A DNA stretch of 55,554 bases from a virus (Duplodnaviria; Caudoviricetes): IMG/VR virus record IMGVR_UViG_3300014208_000050, positions 1-55,554 of that record; one strand, written 5' to 3'. A model generated the notes under the pieces. The model was not told the origin of the DNA, ran no database searches, and saw nothing but the letters and a program-made list of their open reading frames with translations. A program made the translations under genes and the position numbers. Below, piece after piece: positions 26,727-37,352 of the stretch (positions are counted from its first letter, which is position 1; the number at the start of each line of letters is the position of its first letter).

Positions 26727-28358
26727 ATGGACAAAGCCCCATTAGTAATCGACGCCGGTCAGGTTCGCCAAGTGGCAGACGGGGACGTTGTTGCGTGCCC
26801 TGGGTATCGAGTCACTGGTACAGATGCCTCACTGCATGGCAATCGCGGTTTTTCGCTTGAAAAGAATCTAACTGGGACCGCGATAGACCAAGATAACGTG
26901 CGGGATGTGTCAACACTGAATCCGACCGGCACTCCGGCGATGTTCTGTTCGTTTGATACGTCGATAGCGGCATACGGAAACTATGACTACGACCATTTAG
27001 CGGGTTTTCAAGACCGAATCTCTATTGTCGGCGATGCGGACTGCATTAACTTGCGAGGATTCTACAGTAACCCAACACTATCTGGGGCCGGGACACTGAC
27101 CAACAGGTACGGCTTAGAGGTATGCGATGTCGCAGGGGCCGGGATCGTTACGAATAATTATGGGGTCTATGTCCGCGAGTTGACCCGTGGAAGCTCTCTG
27201 GATTACGCGATTTATACTGCTGGTGCAACCCCTTCTTCCTTTGGCGGAACTGTTTCAACCCCCGTCCTGTCCTTGCCGACAACAACTAGCGCTGTCGGCA
27301 GTATTTTGCAAAACGGCGCGGTGATTTTTCACACGTTTCCCGGTAGCGGTAGCGGACGAAATATCTTTATTGGTCTGGTAGCAGGAAATTGCACACTGAC
27401 ATCGTCGGCGTTCAATGTAGGCATTGGCGCTGAGTGCTGTAAGAGCTTGACTACTGGCTATTCTAATATGTGCATTGGAACTGGTTCGGGAAGCAGTATC
27501 ACCACTGGTTACGAAAATCTGTGCGTGGGTACTAACTCTGGCGCTGCGATCACTACTGGCATCGCTAACGTGTACCTTGGGTCTGTGGCAGGTTATAACA
27601 CGACAACTGGTAATCGAAATACAGGAATTGGGTTTCAAGCCTATAGGTTTGGGAATGGAAGCGATAACGTCTGCATCGGATACCGCGCTGGCTTTTGGGA
27701 AACGGGGTCTAGTAAGCTATTTATTGACAACACGACTCGTGCAAGTGAAGTTGATGCGCGCGAAAAGGCTCTAATTTACGGTGTCTTTGACTCGACGGCT
27801 GTCGCACAAGATTTAGTTGTCAACGGTCAGACTGGTGTGAACACTACACCGACCGCGTGGCTCACGCTCCCCGCAGGAACCGCTACTGCCGGAACGTCCC
27901 CGTTGAAACTGACTTCTGGCACGTCCCTTACAACAGCGGAGGCGGGCGCAGTTGAGTTCACAACTGACGATCTGTATTTCACCATTACGACGGGGGCCGC
28001 GCGTAAAGGTGTAGTTCTAAACGACGGGACCAACTTAACATCCGGTAGAGTTCCATACGCCACAACGAATGGAAGATTGACGAACAGTGCTAATTTGTCT
28101 TTTGACGGCACGAACCTAGTGGTCACAGGGGACTGCCAAGCCGACACCTATCACGTTGGAGCCACGGCTGGCGTAGACATGGCGAGCGGCACCCCGGTAG
28201 CCGTTACCGTTACGAAGGGTATTGTGACAGCAGCTACGAGTGTGACACCGGTTGCGGATGGCACGTACACGGTAGGTGCCCGTTTGACACCGGGAGGCAC
28301 CGACGGCTCGATTACCGTGGCGGGCGGAATCATAACAGCGATAACACAGGCGACATAA
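26727..28358 (+). CDS. tail fibre/spike with beta-helical repeats
   Basis: repeated NxxIGxxSG..ITTG units; Gly/Thr rich. Confidence 0.75.
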   Translation: MDKAPLVIDAGQVRQVADGDVVACPGYRVTGTDASLHGNRGFSLEKNLTGTAIDQDNVRDVSTLNPTGTPAMFCSFDTSIAAYGNYDYDHLAGFQDRISIVGDADCINLRGFYSNPTLSGAGTLTNRYGLEVCDVAGAGIVTNNYGVYVRELTRGSSLDYAIYTAGATPSSFGGTVSTPVLSLPTTTSAVGSILQNGAVIFHTFPGSGSGRNIFIGLVAGNCTLTSSAFNVGIGAECCKSLTTGYSNMCIGTGSGSSITTGYENLCVGTNSGAAITTGIANVYLGSVAGYNTTTGNRNTGIGFQAYRFGNGSDNVCIGYRAGFWETGSSKLFIDNTTRASEVDAREKALIYGVFDSTAVAQDLVVNGQTGVNTTPTAWLTLPAGTATAGTSPLKLTSGTSLTTAEAGAVEFTTDDLYFTITTGAARKGVVLNDGTNLTSGRVPYATTNGRLTNSANLSFDGTNLVVTGDCQADTYHVGATAGVDMASGTPVAVTVTKGIVTAATSVTPVADGTYTVGARLTPGGTDGSITVAGGIITAITQAT

Positions 28359-28756
28359 TGTTCACGATTCAAGCACCTTATCCGCTGCTCAACACCACGA
28401 CCGTACTGCCTAACCCGCAGTTCAGCGATCAGGAAGGTACTCTACACACGATGTCCCGCAAGCTGGCGATGGACGGCACGCGGTACACCTATGTAAAGAA
28501 GAAGGATAGGAAGAAGTTGAAGTGGTCCTTCAAGATGACTCGCAACAAGAGTCTTGAACTGCGGGCCTTCATCTTTGCGTACTTTGCCAATCAGATCAAA
28601 GTAACCGACCACAATGATCGAGTTTGGACAGGCTATCTGGTCAATAACCCGTTTGAGTTTGACACACCAGAGCGTGGTGCTCCTGCTATCAATCCAATGC
28701 CTCGCGGCGAGTTGGTTGTGATTGATCTTGAGTTCGAGGGAGTTGAAAATGCGTAG
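28358..28756 (+). CDS. distal tail (Dit-like) protein
   Basis: LPNPQFSD..RKLAMDGTRYTY...VTDHNDRVWTG; similar to the middle domain of 24656..26239. Confidence 0.6.
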   Translation: MFTIQAPYPLLNTTTVLPNPQFSDQEGTLHTMSRKLAMDGTRYTYVKKKDRKKLKWSFKMTRNKSLELRAFIFAYFANQIKVTDHNDRVWTGYLVNNPFEFDTPERGAPAINPMPRGELVVIDLEFEGVENA

Positions 28757-31499
28757 CATTTCTGCTGAAGGCTTAGCGAAGATCGCAACACAGTACGGCA
28801 ACGAGCCCATCTTTATTGTTGAGGTCGATTGGTCTGACGCAGGTCCAGCTTCCTACGCCGATAAGACGGTTGGGCACATTCCGGGACGGATCGTAGAGGT
28901 TGGCGACCTGGATAACGTCGTCAATGTCGGTGACAACACCGGCTCGCAAGAGTTGGCTATTGTCTTGGATGACACGGACGGATCAATCAAGTCAATTATG
29001 GATGCTCACGACATCCACAAGCGACCGGCACGAGTCTATCAATACTTCACCGGGCTCGCTTTATCCGACAAGTTTCTGCTGTTCGCTGGTAAGGTCAACA
29101 CGCCAATCACTTGGAACGAACGTGACCGAACGGTCACTTTCACGATCGTATCCCAGCTTGAGGACCGAGAAGTAGGTTTCTCGGCGGAAGAGGGGCAGTT
29201 CCCGTATCTCCCGGCCGACCTCGTGGGTAAGCCTTGGCCGGTGGTGTTCGGGACAGTGCTCAACTATCCGGCCTTGCAGATTAACCATGCGGTTAAAGGC
29301 ACGACCTTGACTGGGGTCGGAATTCTTAGCGGCAAAGAGCCGTGGAATCGTTCGAGCGGTGAGACTGATGATTCAGACTTTTTAGGTAGCTTGGCGATGT
29401 CCAACATCCAAGCGGGCCACTTAGCATTCGTCGCCTCGGCGTGGATGGGTGTTGACGATGCAACGGAACAGAGATACTTGGATAATTTGAACGCTATTCG
29501 ATCGCAGATCGCTCAATCTGTCGGCCAGTATGAGCAACAGCGTCAATGTGAGACGTACACTCAAGCGAACAATGTTAGCACAGCCGAGACCAATGGATTG
29601 GGCGACAATCCGATCCGCATTCTCGGCGGGGAGGACTTTCCACAGAATCAAACGGTGACGATCCGGGTAAACAGCGGGTATTTTACTGGCAGGTTCAACG
29701 GCGAGTATTTCACAGTCTATGAACGTAACGACCCGGACGGGGAGGCGGCAGCCTTAGCGGCTGAGGCAGCCAGGAAGGTTGCTTGCTCAGTAACGGCAGC
29801 GGCCGAGTCCCGATATAACTTTGAAGACCCAATACCGGGTGGAGTACACGTCACTAAAGGCTGGATAATATCGACGGCAGGCAACGGCAAGTCGAACCAA
29901 GGCTCCGATCCAGTAGCTCAACATTTCTGGGCTGAGCCGGGGGCAACGGTTTCACTAGCGAGCTACGAGCCGATCACCTATATTGCGTCGATCGTGCCGG
30001 GAACGGTTCTCGCAGTGAAGGCATATAAGCAGTTGACTGGCGAGCGACGGTTGACGAACGTACCTAATAGTCTGTACACGGTCAATACGCAGGTGTACGG
30101 CACTGTAACGGCTGTACAAGTTGTTCTGTCGCGCTCGTTGAGTTCGCTTGACGACGGTTGGACTGATGACCTGTATCTGACGTTTCAATCAAGCGTTGGT
30201 CCGAATACGGTAGACATCCTTAAGCATCTGATCGACAACTATACCGATCTTGATTACGACGCGACGACGTTCGCAGCCGTTCGTACAAAGCTGATTCCAT
30301 TTCCAGCTAATTTCCCAATCTTGGACCGTAAGAACGCAATCCAAGTTCTGCAAGAGATTGCCTTCCAAGCTCGCTGCGCGATTTGGATCAACAACGGAAG
30401 TTTCTACTTGAAGTATCTGCCAGAGGTTCCTACGTCAAATGATACGATCACGGTCGGCGATGTTGACGCCGAGAAGGGTGTTGTAGTTGACTTGACATCG
30501 ACTGAAGACCTCGTGACAAAGATGAAGATCACTTGGCGGATGAGTTGGGCTCCAGAGTCGGACCGACCGAAAGACGACAACGAAAAGACGATCATCCTAC
30601 GCCACAACGTCTCCCAGTACGGCACCCACGAGCAAGAGTATGACTTCTACATCTACAACCAGCCGGACACCATTTACAAGGTAGCGACGTTTTGGTTAAT
30701 CCGCAAGTCGAACACTTGGAAACGCATCACGTTCAAGACCTTTTTGAATAAGCTCAACGTCGAAACATTTGACGCCGTGACATTGGATTTTGCTCAGACC
30801 TACGTTGCAAGCGGTTCTATCTTGTCGTTGGTTGAGAAAGCCAACTATAACTCGGCTGATAATGTGGTTGAGTTTGAGTGTCTCGTGCCCGTGCGGTCGG
30901 GGGAGTTGACGCAGTACCATTTCTTCTGGCCAGCGGCTTTGCCAGTGACCGATATGTGGCCACCTCAGTCTGAGCGTGAGGATGGCAGTGCTGGGGGTGG
31001 TGGGGTTGGGAGCGGGGCTTCAGGAAACTTGCCGGTTGGCGACACAAGCACCATTTCTGGTACGGTATTCGTCGGCGGGCAAAACGTCGTATTTGGCGCT
31101 CACAGTGACTACGGGGATTCAAGCCCAACCGATGTTGGTTTTACCGCTCAAACCGTTGTGGCACCAACGTCGTATAGCGGATTGGTCAACGGTCAAAGAC
31201 CGACGTTGAGTTTGCGAGTGTTGATGCCGAAGGCAATGACACCTATTAAGCTACAGCAGTCAACCGCTGACGCAGCGATTGATATACGCACAACGAAGGT
31301 TTACGACTCGTATCAACCGGATAATGCACCAGCGCATCTTGATTCGTTAATCAAGAAGATTGTGGAGAGTAAGTTGGTTTTAGACGGAGACAATGCCCAA
31401 GTTTGTAACGTGGAACATGAAGACCCGGCCGCCTTTGACTGGAAGTACGATGAGGACGGCGGTCTATTTGGTGCTGGAACTGCCTTTTTGCAAGACTGA
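28749..31499 (+). CDS. baseplate hub/tail tip protein
   Basis: 916 aa; LLFAGKVNTPITW, GKPWPVVFG, VLQEIAFQAR, SQYG motifs; last gene of the operon. Confidence 0.75.
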   Translation: MRSISAEGLAKIATQYGNEPIFIVEVDWSDAGPASYADKTVGHIPGRIVEVGDLDNVVNVGDNTGSQELAIVLDDTDGSIKSIMDAHDIHKRPARVYQYFTGLALSDKFLLFAGKVNTPITWNERDRTVTFTIVSQLEDREVGFSAEEGQFPYLPADLVGKPWPVVFGTVLNYPALQINHAVKGTTLTGVGILSGKEPWNRSSGETDDSDFLGSLAMSNIQAGHLAFVASAWMGVDDATEQRYLDNLNAIRSQIAQSVGQYEQQRQCETYTQANNVSTAETNGLGDNPIRILGGEDFPQNQTVTIRVNSGYFTGRFNGEYFTVYERNDPDGEAAALAAEAARKVACSVTAAAESRYNFEDPIPGGVHVTKGWIISTAGNGKSNQGSDPVAQHFWAEPGATVSLASYEPITYIASIVPGTVLAVKAYKQLTGERRLTNVPNSLYTVNTQVYGTVTAVQVVLSRSLSSLDDGWTDDLYLTFQSSVGPNTVDILKHLIDNYTDLDYDATTFAAVRTKLIPFPANFPILDRKNAIQVLQEIAFQARCAIWINNGSFYLKYLPEVPTSNDTITVGDVDAEKGVVVDLTSTEDLVTKMKITWRMSWAPESDRPKDDNEKTIILRHNVSQYGTHEQEYDFYIYNQPDTIYKVATFWLIRKSNTWKRITFKTFLNKLNVETFDAVTLDFAQTYVASGSILSLVEKANYNSADNVVEFECLVPVRSGELTQYHFFWPAALPVTDMWPPQSEREDGSAGGGGVGSGASGNLPVGDTSTISGTVFVGGQNVVFGAHSDYGDSSPTDVGFTAQTVVAPTSYSGLVNGQRPTLSLRVLMPKAMTPIKLQQSTADAAIDIRTTKVYDSYQPDNAPAHLDSLIKKIVESKLVLDGDNAQVCNVEHEDPAAFDWKYDEDGGLFGAGTAFLQD

Positions 31500-31856
31500 G
31501 CAGGCTCGGCAACTGCTAGGATTAACTCCCTCGCCCTTATAGATGCACTGCGCTTCAATTTGTAAGCACCCGTCTGGGTAGCTTACGCTTAGAGTCCGCC
31601 ACTTACACACGGGCCAGCGCGGGCGGAAGAGGCAAGGGTTCTTTGTATCTCGCTCATAGCCTAGAATGTCGGACGGGTTGCCTCTTGGGTATTCGATGTC
31701 GCCGTTGTCGTGGACAGTCGGTAGTCCGCACTCTCCTGCTTTACACTGACCAAGTGTTCGACGAACCAGTTGAAAGAACTGCTCAGGTGGCCCGCCCGCG
31801 TAGCATAGAACGCAAGCTTCGTCAATACTTGTAGGCTCACAGTTGCAACTCACCAT
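31464..31856 (-). CDS. Cys-rich hypothetical protein
   Basis: multiple CxxC; coupled to the upstream minus-strand gene. Confidence 0.65.
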   Translation of the reverse strand: MVSCNCEPTSIDEACVLCYAGGPPEQFFQLVRRTLGQCKAGECGLPTVHDNGDIEYPRGNPSDILGYERDTKNPCLFRPRWPVCKWRTLSVSYPDGCLQIEAQCIYKGEGVNPSSCRACSVLQKGSSSTK

Positions 31857-32284
31857 TTTCTCCTTGGGCAGTTTTGGGTTGCCATTTTGATCTTATTGAA
31901 GATGGCCCATTCTGATTCTGTTACATAGCAGCCACATCCCTTGCAGATTTGCCTGTTCCTGTTATACCAAGAACATTTCTGACAAATCTTTAGGATGCGA
32001 TCGACTTCGGCTTGCTCACGTACTGGTCGGCCTTGTTGATCCCACTCCGCGACTGCATCGGCCCAAGTTGCTATTCTCTTGGTGAGTGGAGGCGTCTTTG
32101 GAGGCTTCATGTTTTTATGCTCGGCTATCCAGTGCTCGGCATTCTGCTTCGGTGGCGGATTAGGGCGGTCGCAGATTAAGCATGTTTGCTCATCAATTGC
32201 CGCTCGTTTACAGTAGCAGTGAATCTGTGTGACGACTTCACCGCAATACGAATAACGGCGACAATGACATTCTGGAAGCATCAT
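31850..32284 (-). CDS. Cys-rich protein with DUF6171-like C-terminus
   Basis: RILKICQKC...CKGCGC...KIKMATQNCPRRKW. Confidence 0.7.
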   Translation of the reverse strand: MMLPECHCRRYSYCGEVVTQIHCYCKRAAIDEQTCLICDRPNPPPKQNAEHWIAEHKNMKPPKTPPLTKRIATWADAVAEWDQQGRPVREQAEVDRILKICQKCSWYNRNRQICKGCGCYVTESEWAIFNKIKMATQNCPRRKW

Positions 32285-33249
32285 ACTGGATCAGGGTAAA
32301 CTTGGACGAGTTTAACTTCAATCGTATGGGTATTGTCGCAACCAAACTCGCAATCAGTTGAATAGCAAGCGAACGCTGATACGCCGACACAGCCTTGCAT
32401 GTACGTGACTAGTGGACTTCCTTGCCGCGTATATCCTCCGGTTATAGCTGTTTGCCAATTTCCTGTAAAAGAACCGCCAAACCAGTAGTGGGTTGTGTCT
32501 CTTGTCTCAACTCGCCACCCTACACGGCATTTAAGAGGGTCATTACAGCTTATAGCCCAAGGAGCAGTACCAGCAAGTGACGTGAACGATAGTACCATAC
32601 CTGCTGGTATACACTCACCCGCTGCGAGGATGCTTGCAGTCGCTTTCGAGGTTGCTAAAGCGTCAAAAGCGTTTACTTCAATTTGTTTTGCATTTATTTC
32701 TACTTGCTTTGCGGTGACTGCTTCTTGCGCGGCAGCGCAGCCGTCGCCCGGGCAGGCTGCGTCCCTTGCCGCTTCGAGAATCTGTAGCTCGTCCTGTAAG
32801 TCGCATAGCTCTGAGTATGCAAGTGCCCAATCAGAAATCGCTGCGTCTGCTTCTAGGCCAAGGTCGGTCGCGGTTGTTCGACACTCAAGGGTGCAGTTTC
32901 CTGTGTCTGCGGTGCACTCAGTTTGCTCAATAGCTCCGATATAGGTAGTAACTACTCCTAGCGCATTCGCACAACTAACGCAGCCGCACCAACCGCGAGC
33001 AATGGCTGCTTCAATTTCGTCAACTATGTCCTGTTTCCATTTAACTAATTCAGCGGTGAATGTGTTCTCACTACAAATTTCTGTGAGTTTGTCACGGACG
33101 GCTTGAATGTTTTGAACTGACCAGCGATGATTCTCGCCGACTTCATCCAATAGGGCCACTGCGTCACACCCTGCGCTGGGGCTCTGGCATAGGGCATTCA
33201 CTCGTTGAATGATGCTGTTCCAATCGGTTCGTTTATACGCCTGACCCAT
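32281..33249 (-). CDS. Cys-rich protein with coiled coil
   Basis: 322 aa with many Cys; AKQVEINAKQIEVN coiled coil. Confidence 0.75.
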   Translation of the reverse strand: MGQAYKRTDWNSIIQRVNALCQSPSAGCDAVALLDEVGENHRWSVQNIQAVRDKLTEICSENTFTAELVKWKQDIVDEIEAAIARGWCGCVSCANALGVVTTYIGAIEQTECTADTGNCTLECRTTATDLGLEADAAISDWALAYSELCDLQDELQILEAARDAACPGDGCAAAQEAVTAKQVEINAKQIEVNAFDALATSKATASILAAGECIPAGMVLSFTSLAGTAPWAISCNDPLKCRVGWRVETRDTTHYWFGGSFTGNWQTAITGGYTRQGSPLVTYMQGCVGVSAFACYSTDCEFGCDNTHTIEVKLVQVYPDPV

Positions 33250-33794
33250 TAACGAACTCCCAGCATGGCTTTGTACAGCTTAGCTTCGGCAATCGAATCA
33301 GCTAGAGCGTCGTGCGGCTTTTCGTTGATGATGCCATAAACCTTGCAGAGGTTGGTCAAGGATACGCTGGTGAACGGTTCGGGCAGTCCTGCTAACATGC
33401 ACTTGTCCTTAATGGATAGGGCCAGGAGCATTCCATCCCGAGGGTGGTAGTGGAACAGTGACTCAAATCGCTTTTTGCCGAGCCAAGCGTTCAGAAAACC
33501 GTGCTCGAAGATGTAGTTGTGTGCCAGAGGGATAATTCGCCTGCCGTCTACCCACTCCTCGAATAGGTCCGCTACCTTTTCTGCGTCCGCCTCATCCATC
33601 AAATCTTCGGTACTCAGGCCATTGATTTCCAAAGCTTTTGGGTCAGCCAGTTCCGGGAACTCGGGACGGATGAGTCGGTAGAATGGAGTACCAACAGGCT
33701 CAAGTTGGTCATCGAGTGGGACCACTGCGATCTGTATAATCTCGCTGTACCCCGGATCAACGCCCGTAGTCTCCAGGTCGATTGAACAGATCAA
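33249..33794 (-). CDS. DEDDh 3'-5' exonuclease (DnaQ-like)
   Basis: SIDLETTG, AHNYIFE, PHDALADS. Confidence 0.92.
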   Translation of the reverse strand: MICSIDLETTGVDPGYSEIIQIAVVPLDDQLEPVGTPFYRLIRPEFPELADPKALEINGLSTEDLMDEADAEKVADLFEEWVDGRRIIPLAHNYIFEHGFLNAWLGKKRFESLFHYHPRDGMLLALSIKDKCMLAGLPEPFTSVSLTNLCKVYGIINEKPHDALADSIAEAKLYKAMLGVR

Positions 33795-34426
33795 GATAAC
33801 ACCTCGACTGCTAGATTTCGTTGACGGCCTTCTTTAGACTGGTAAGGGAGTTCGTAATCAAACGCCAACGAAACTGCAAACTGGCTAGCCCAGTCGTTAA
33901 GTGTCTCGATCTTTCCATCTGCACCGATTACATAGTCCCAACCGCCATACCCGACCAAGGCCCGGTCGGCGACCGTATTAAGAGGCCCGTAGCCTGGCCT
34001 AACGATCTTGATAAGAGTCCCACCGGCTTCCTTGATTGCTTCAGCCTCATTTGGAAAGCGCACGTCAGGAATGACGAGAATATCTACCCCTAGATCAGAC
34101 TTGAGTAGGTAATCAAGCCACGTCCGGTCATAGACGTTATCTCTTACGGCCTTAGTGCCAAACGAGACCCACACCTCAACCGGCGACATACCTAAAGTTG
34201 GTAGAACTACGAGACGGGCGGACGCACCTTCTTTGGTCTCGTAGTATTCTGGGTCACGCAACCCTGCCCATGCGTATAGTTCGTGGGTGATTTTCTTCAG
34301 CTTCCAGGCCAATGACTGTTTCGTCACAGCGACTAGGGGTGCATACGTCTCCATGTAGCCGACGAAGGCATTAGCGAACGTGTCCTTGCCCGTGCGGGAG
34401 TAGTGTCCAAGACCGATGATCTTCAT
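33791..34426 (-). CDS. deoxynucleoside monophosphate kinase
   Basis: IIGLGHYSRTGKDT P-loop, IPDVRFPNE. Confidence 0.88.
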   Translation of the reverse strand: MKIIGLGHYSRTGKDTFANAFVGYMETYAPLVAVTKQSLAWKLKKITHELYAWAGLRDPEYYETKEGASARLVVLPTLGMSPVEVWVSFGTKAVRDNVYDRTWLDYLLKSDLGVDILVIPDVRFPNEAEAIKEAGGTLIKIVRPGYGPLNTVADRALVGYGGWDYVIGADGKIETLNDWASQFAVSLAFDYELPYQSKEGRQRNLAVEVLS

Positions 34427-34617
34427 TCTTCCCTCAAGTGCCAAAGGTGCGTATCTCGGCTTTGAACAACACCAACCTCTTGTGCGAGCCATTGACGAAT
34501 CTTGGGATACTCGTCGGGGTCAAATCCAAGTTCACTTAGAGCGTGCCGTAGATTGGCTCGTGTACCGTACACGTAGCTGGCGATCTCGCGCAGTTCGTAG
34601 CTTGATAGGTATCTCAT
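34423..34617 (-). CDS. hypothetical protein
   Basis: ATG with GAGG RBS; overlaps both neighbours. Confidence 0.65.
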   Translation of the reverse strand: MRYLSSYELREIASYVYGTRANLRHALSELGFDPDEYPKIRQWLAQEVGVVQSRDTHLWHLREE

Positions 34618-37301
34618 AGTAACCTCAGTCTTCCGTTGACAATAACCCACGGCTTGGCCCCTTCAACAGGCTCCTTATCCACCCACGCCAAGTTCCCGAC
34701 GTATCGTTTATTCTCGGCTCCAACACCGCACGGATGGTGACTCGGCAGTTGATTGGCGAGGGTGTGTTTGCTCCACTCCGATCGCTCTTCATTGGGAACC
34801 CAATCAAAGAACTTGTCGCAGAACTCGGTAAACGTCACCCGTTCCCCGATGACGTGGTGGCATATATCGGATAGGAACTGGTCGAGAGCGGTGATGCGAG
34901 TTGCCTGTGCTTGTTGCTTGTGGTAGGTGTCGATGACAGGAAGTTTCAATCGACCTTGCATCTTCGGGATGGTTAGATCGAAGATGGTCCGCATGAAGTG
35001 AGGTGCTTCAGCCTCTAACGCCGCGTTCATATCGTCTCTTGGAATCTTCACGCCACTCGCAAACGGTGCCACGTAGCACATGGTAATTCGTGTGTCACCG
35101 GGGAAGATCGGGCAGTACGTGGAATGGTTGGCGACTTGAATGAAGTGCAACGTATTGGCCATTGTGTAAGCGTCCATTCGCATTTGTCGGAAAAGCATGT
35201 TTGGGTTCATAACCCAATCCTTGAGCCGTGCAAGAGCAGAGGGAGACTTGGTTATGTCAATCTCTTCGATGTAAGCGAGAATAGCCCCGGCTAGCTCGCC
35301 GTTGAATCCGTTCTGATTCGTCAGAGCTAAGTTGGCTTCAACGATGCCCTTATTCAATAGGAAGGCGAAGGCATCGTGATACGTGCTTTTCCCGCAGTCT
35401 TCGTCACCGTAGAAAAAGAGATAAGGCAGTGGCTTGTATGGGTCGCGCAGCAGACAGGCAGCCCAGAGGAGACCGTAATCGGCTCCGCATTTGATGTTTG
35501 CCTTCTCGGCAAGTGGGTTTTGCTGGATAGCCTCATCGAGGTCTTTGAAACAATGGTTCAGAACCATGTCCCAGTGAGGGTGATGAGGTACTTCGTCGTT
35601 CTCTAAGTTGACTGGGAGGTGCAGATATTGAACCGCCCCACGATTCCAACGACGATTGACTTGATACTCTGATTGAAATGGTGTGTTCACAAGTTTCCAG
35701 TTTTTCGTGCAGGCTGAGCCGAGAATTGTGGATATTTCAGGTTTTGTCTTGCCGTTGGACGCGAGAATGTCTTTGATGTCGTCCTTGGGACGGTCGATCC
35801 AATCGCCTTCCCAGTCTTTGGACACCCAACCCGCACTTTTACCTGTTGGCGACACAAGCGATCGAACAAGTTTGTCACAGTCGGAGTAGCTGTCTTCTGT
35901 GACTTGAGCCTTGATCTCGGCTTGGACGTTGAGGATTCGGGTTAAGTTACCGCGAATGTCCAACCACCCTTCGGGAATGATTTCCTCCGCGTCTGCCTTT
36001 TTTACAGATACGACGACACGCCCATCTTTTTGCTTCTTCAGCTTTGTTTCACGCCCCGCGAATTGTTCAGGTAACTTGACGGGCTTACCAAGGGCTTCAA
36101 TGGCTTTTTCAGCGTCCGAAGAAGAAGAAAAGATAAAGCCGCCGTTGTCTGGGGCTTCAATACCCTTCACCGATTTGGCAGCCGTTTGCAAATCAGGCTC
36201 TCGGTTAAAGTAACAATTCGTCCAACCATCACCATCTTGTTCCCAAGTCTCAGACTCGGCAGTGCCGGGCGAGAATCGGTATACACGCCACGCCCCGTTT
36301 TCAAGAGGGAAAGCGAAACAGTTGCATGTGCCGGGGTCTTTTCCAGCGGACGTAGTTGAGAATAAACCCTTGATACCTAGCTCTTTGTTTTCGAGTAGGT
36401 CTTGTAGGGCTTTGGTATGTGTTTGTAGCAGGTGATAGTCGGATGCCCACACGGCCGAGTAGCCAGAGCGGATTAGTTCGTCGATGACGGCCTTGTGCTT
36501 GGAATCTAGGGCAATCCTATTGCGACTGCTGGCCAGCGTCTCAAAGGTGTCTTCATTCTCGACGCCGTTAATGCGAATCTTGGCTCGTTTGCGAGTGACT
36601 ACTTCAATATGATCCTTCCAGTTGGTCGGAAGGTCGCTGACCGTTATAACTTGAGTGGCCTCCTTGATCTTTGCGAGACCCTCACTCGTGAGTTTTCGGT
36701 GCCACACCCACATGACACCCCCGCAGGCATCGACGGCTCCGGCAAAGTCAAAGCCCGCAGCACTGGACATCATCCCCAACACGCAACGAGCCAGGGCAGC
36801 GTGCTCCGTATGATTGGCTGTCGGGATGCCATCGAAGTAGACGTAGAGGTGGATGCCGCCCCCGCTTGTACTCTTACGCACTTCCACGTAAGGCAGTGCC
36901 TCAGCGGCTTTCTTTACGTTTTCTAACTCGTCGTCGCTGATACCTACGCCCTTGGCGTGCCCAGTAATACTGTCGATGTCGAAACCCGCCCAAAGCGACT
37001 TACGTTCTTGCCAATCCCAGCCTGTGAGCCCAATACCTTCAGCATGAAGGTCCAATGGCCACCGGATTTCGTAGTCAGACCAAGAAGGCTCGGTATCCGC
37101 ATTCTTGGGTAAACGAATCGAGAACCATTCGTTCACGCCGTCGGTATACGTGCTACGTTTGCCCGCTACAGGCTCGCCTGAGCCCGCTGCGACGTTCACC
37201 TGCGTTTCTAGGCCCGTGGACCACTTATCCACGAGGTCCGCGTTAGCAGGCGTTTTACGGGCTTGCAGGAAATCGCGTATTGACTGGGCTGCTGTTGGCA
37301 T
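34614..37301 (-). CDS. primase-polymerase (AEP-like) fused to SF3-type helicase/NTPase
   Basis: GFDID and VRKSTSGGGIHLY prim-pol motifs; FFYGDEDCGKST Walker A, YIEE Walker B, GDTRI. Confidence 0.85.
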   Translation of the reverse strand: MPTAAQSIRDFLQARKTPANADLVDKWSTGLETQVNVAAGSGEPVAGKRSTYTDGVNEWFSIRLPKNADTEPSWSDYEIRWPLDLHAEGIGLTGWDWQERKSLWAGFDIDSITGHAKGVGISDDELENVKKAAEALPYVEVRKSTSGGGIHLYVYFDGIPTANHTEHAALARCVLGMMSSAAGFDFAGAVDACGGVMWVWHRKLTSEGLAKIKEATQVITVSDLPTNWKDHIEVVTRKRAKIRINGVENEDTFETLASSRNRIALDSKHKAVIDELIRSGYSAVWASDYHLLQTHTKALQDLLENKELGIKGLFSTTSAGKDPGTCNCFAFPLENGAWRVYRFSPGTAESETWEQDGDGWTNCYFNREPDLQTAAKSVKGIEAPDNGGFIFSSSSDAEKAIEALGKPVKLPEQFAGRETKLKKQKDGRVVVSVKKADAEEIIPEGWLDIRGNLTRILNVQAEIKAQVTEDSYSDCDKLVRSLVSPTGKSAGWVSKDWEGDWIDRPKDDIKDILASNGKTKPEISTILGSACTKNWKLVNTPFQSEYQVNRRWNRGAVQYLHLPVNLENDEVPHHPHWDMVLNHCFKDLDEAIQQNPLAEKANIKCGADYGLLWAACLLRDPYKPLPYLFFYGDEDCGKSTYHDAFAFLLNKGIVEANLALTNQNGFNGELAGAILAYIEEIDITKSPSALARLKDWVMNPNMLFRQMRMDAYTMANTLHFIQVANHSTYCPIFPGDTRITMCYVAPFASGVKIPRDDMNAALEAEAPHFMRTIFDLTIPKMQGRLKLPVIDTYHKQQAQATRITALDQFLSDICHHVIGERVTFTEFCDKFFDWVPNEERSEWSKHTLANQLPSHHPCGVGAENKRYVGNLAWVDKEPVEGAKPWVIVNGRLRLL

Positions 37302-37352
37302 TTGGTATTTGGTATTTGACGCGGCAAGTGTCTAGCTACTGCGTAATGTACT

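Noticed and set aside
24656-31499. Diversity-generating retroelement acting on tail genes
   Set aside because: No reverse transcriptase and no near-identical repeat pair differing at adenines; similarities are old protein-level paralogy
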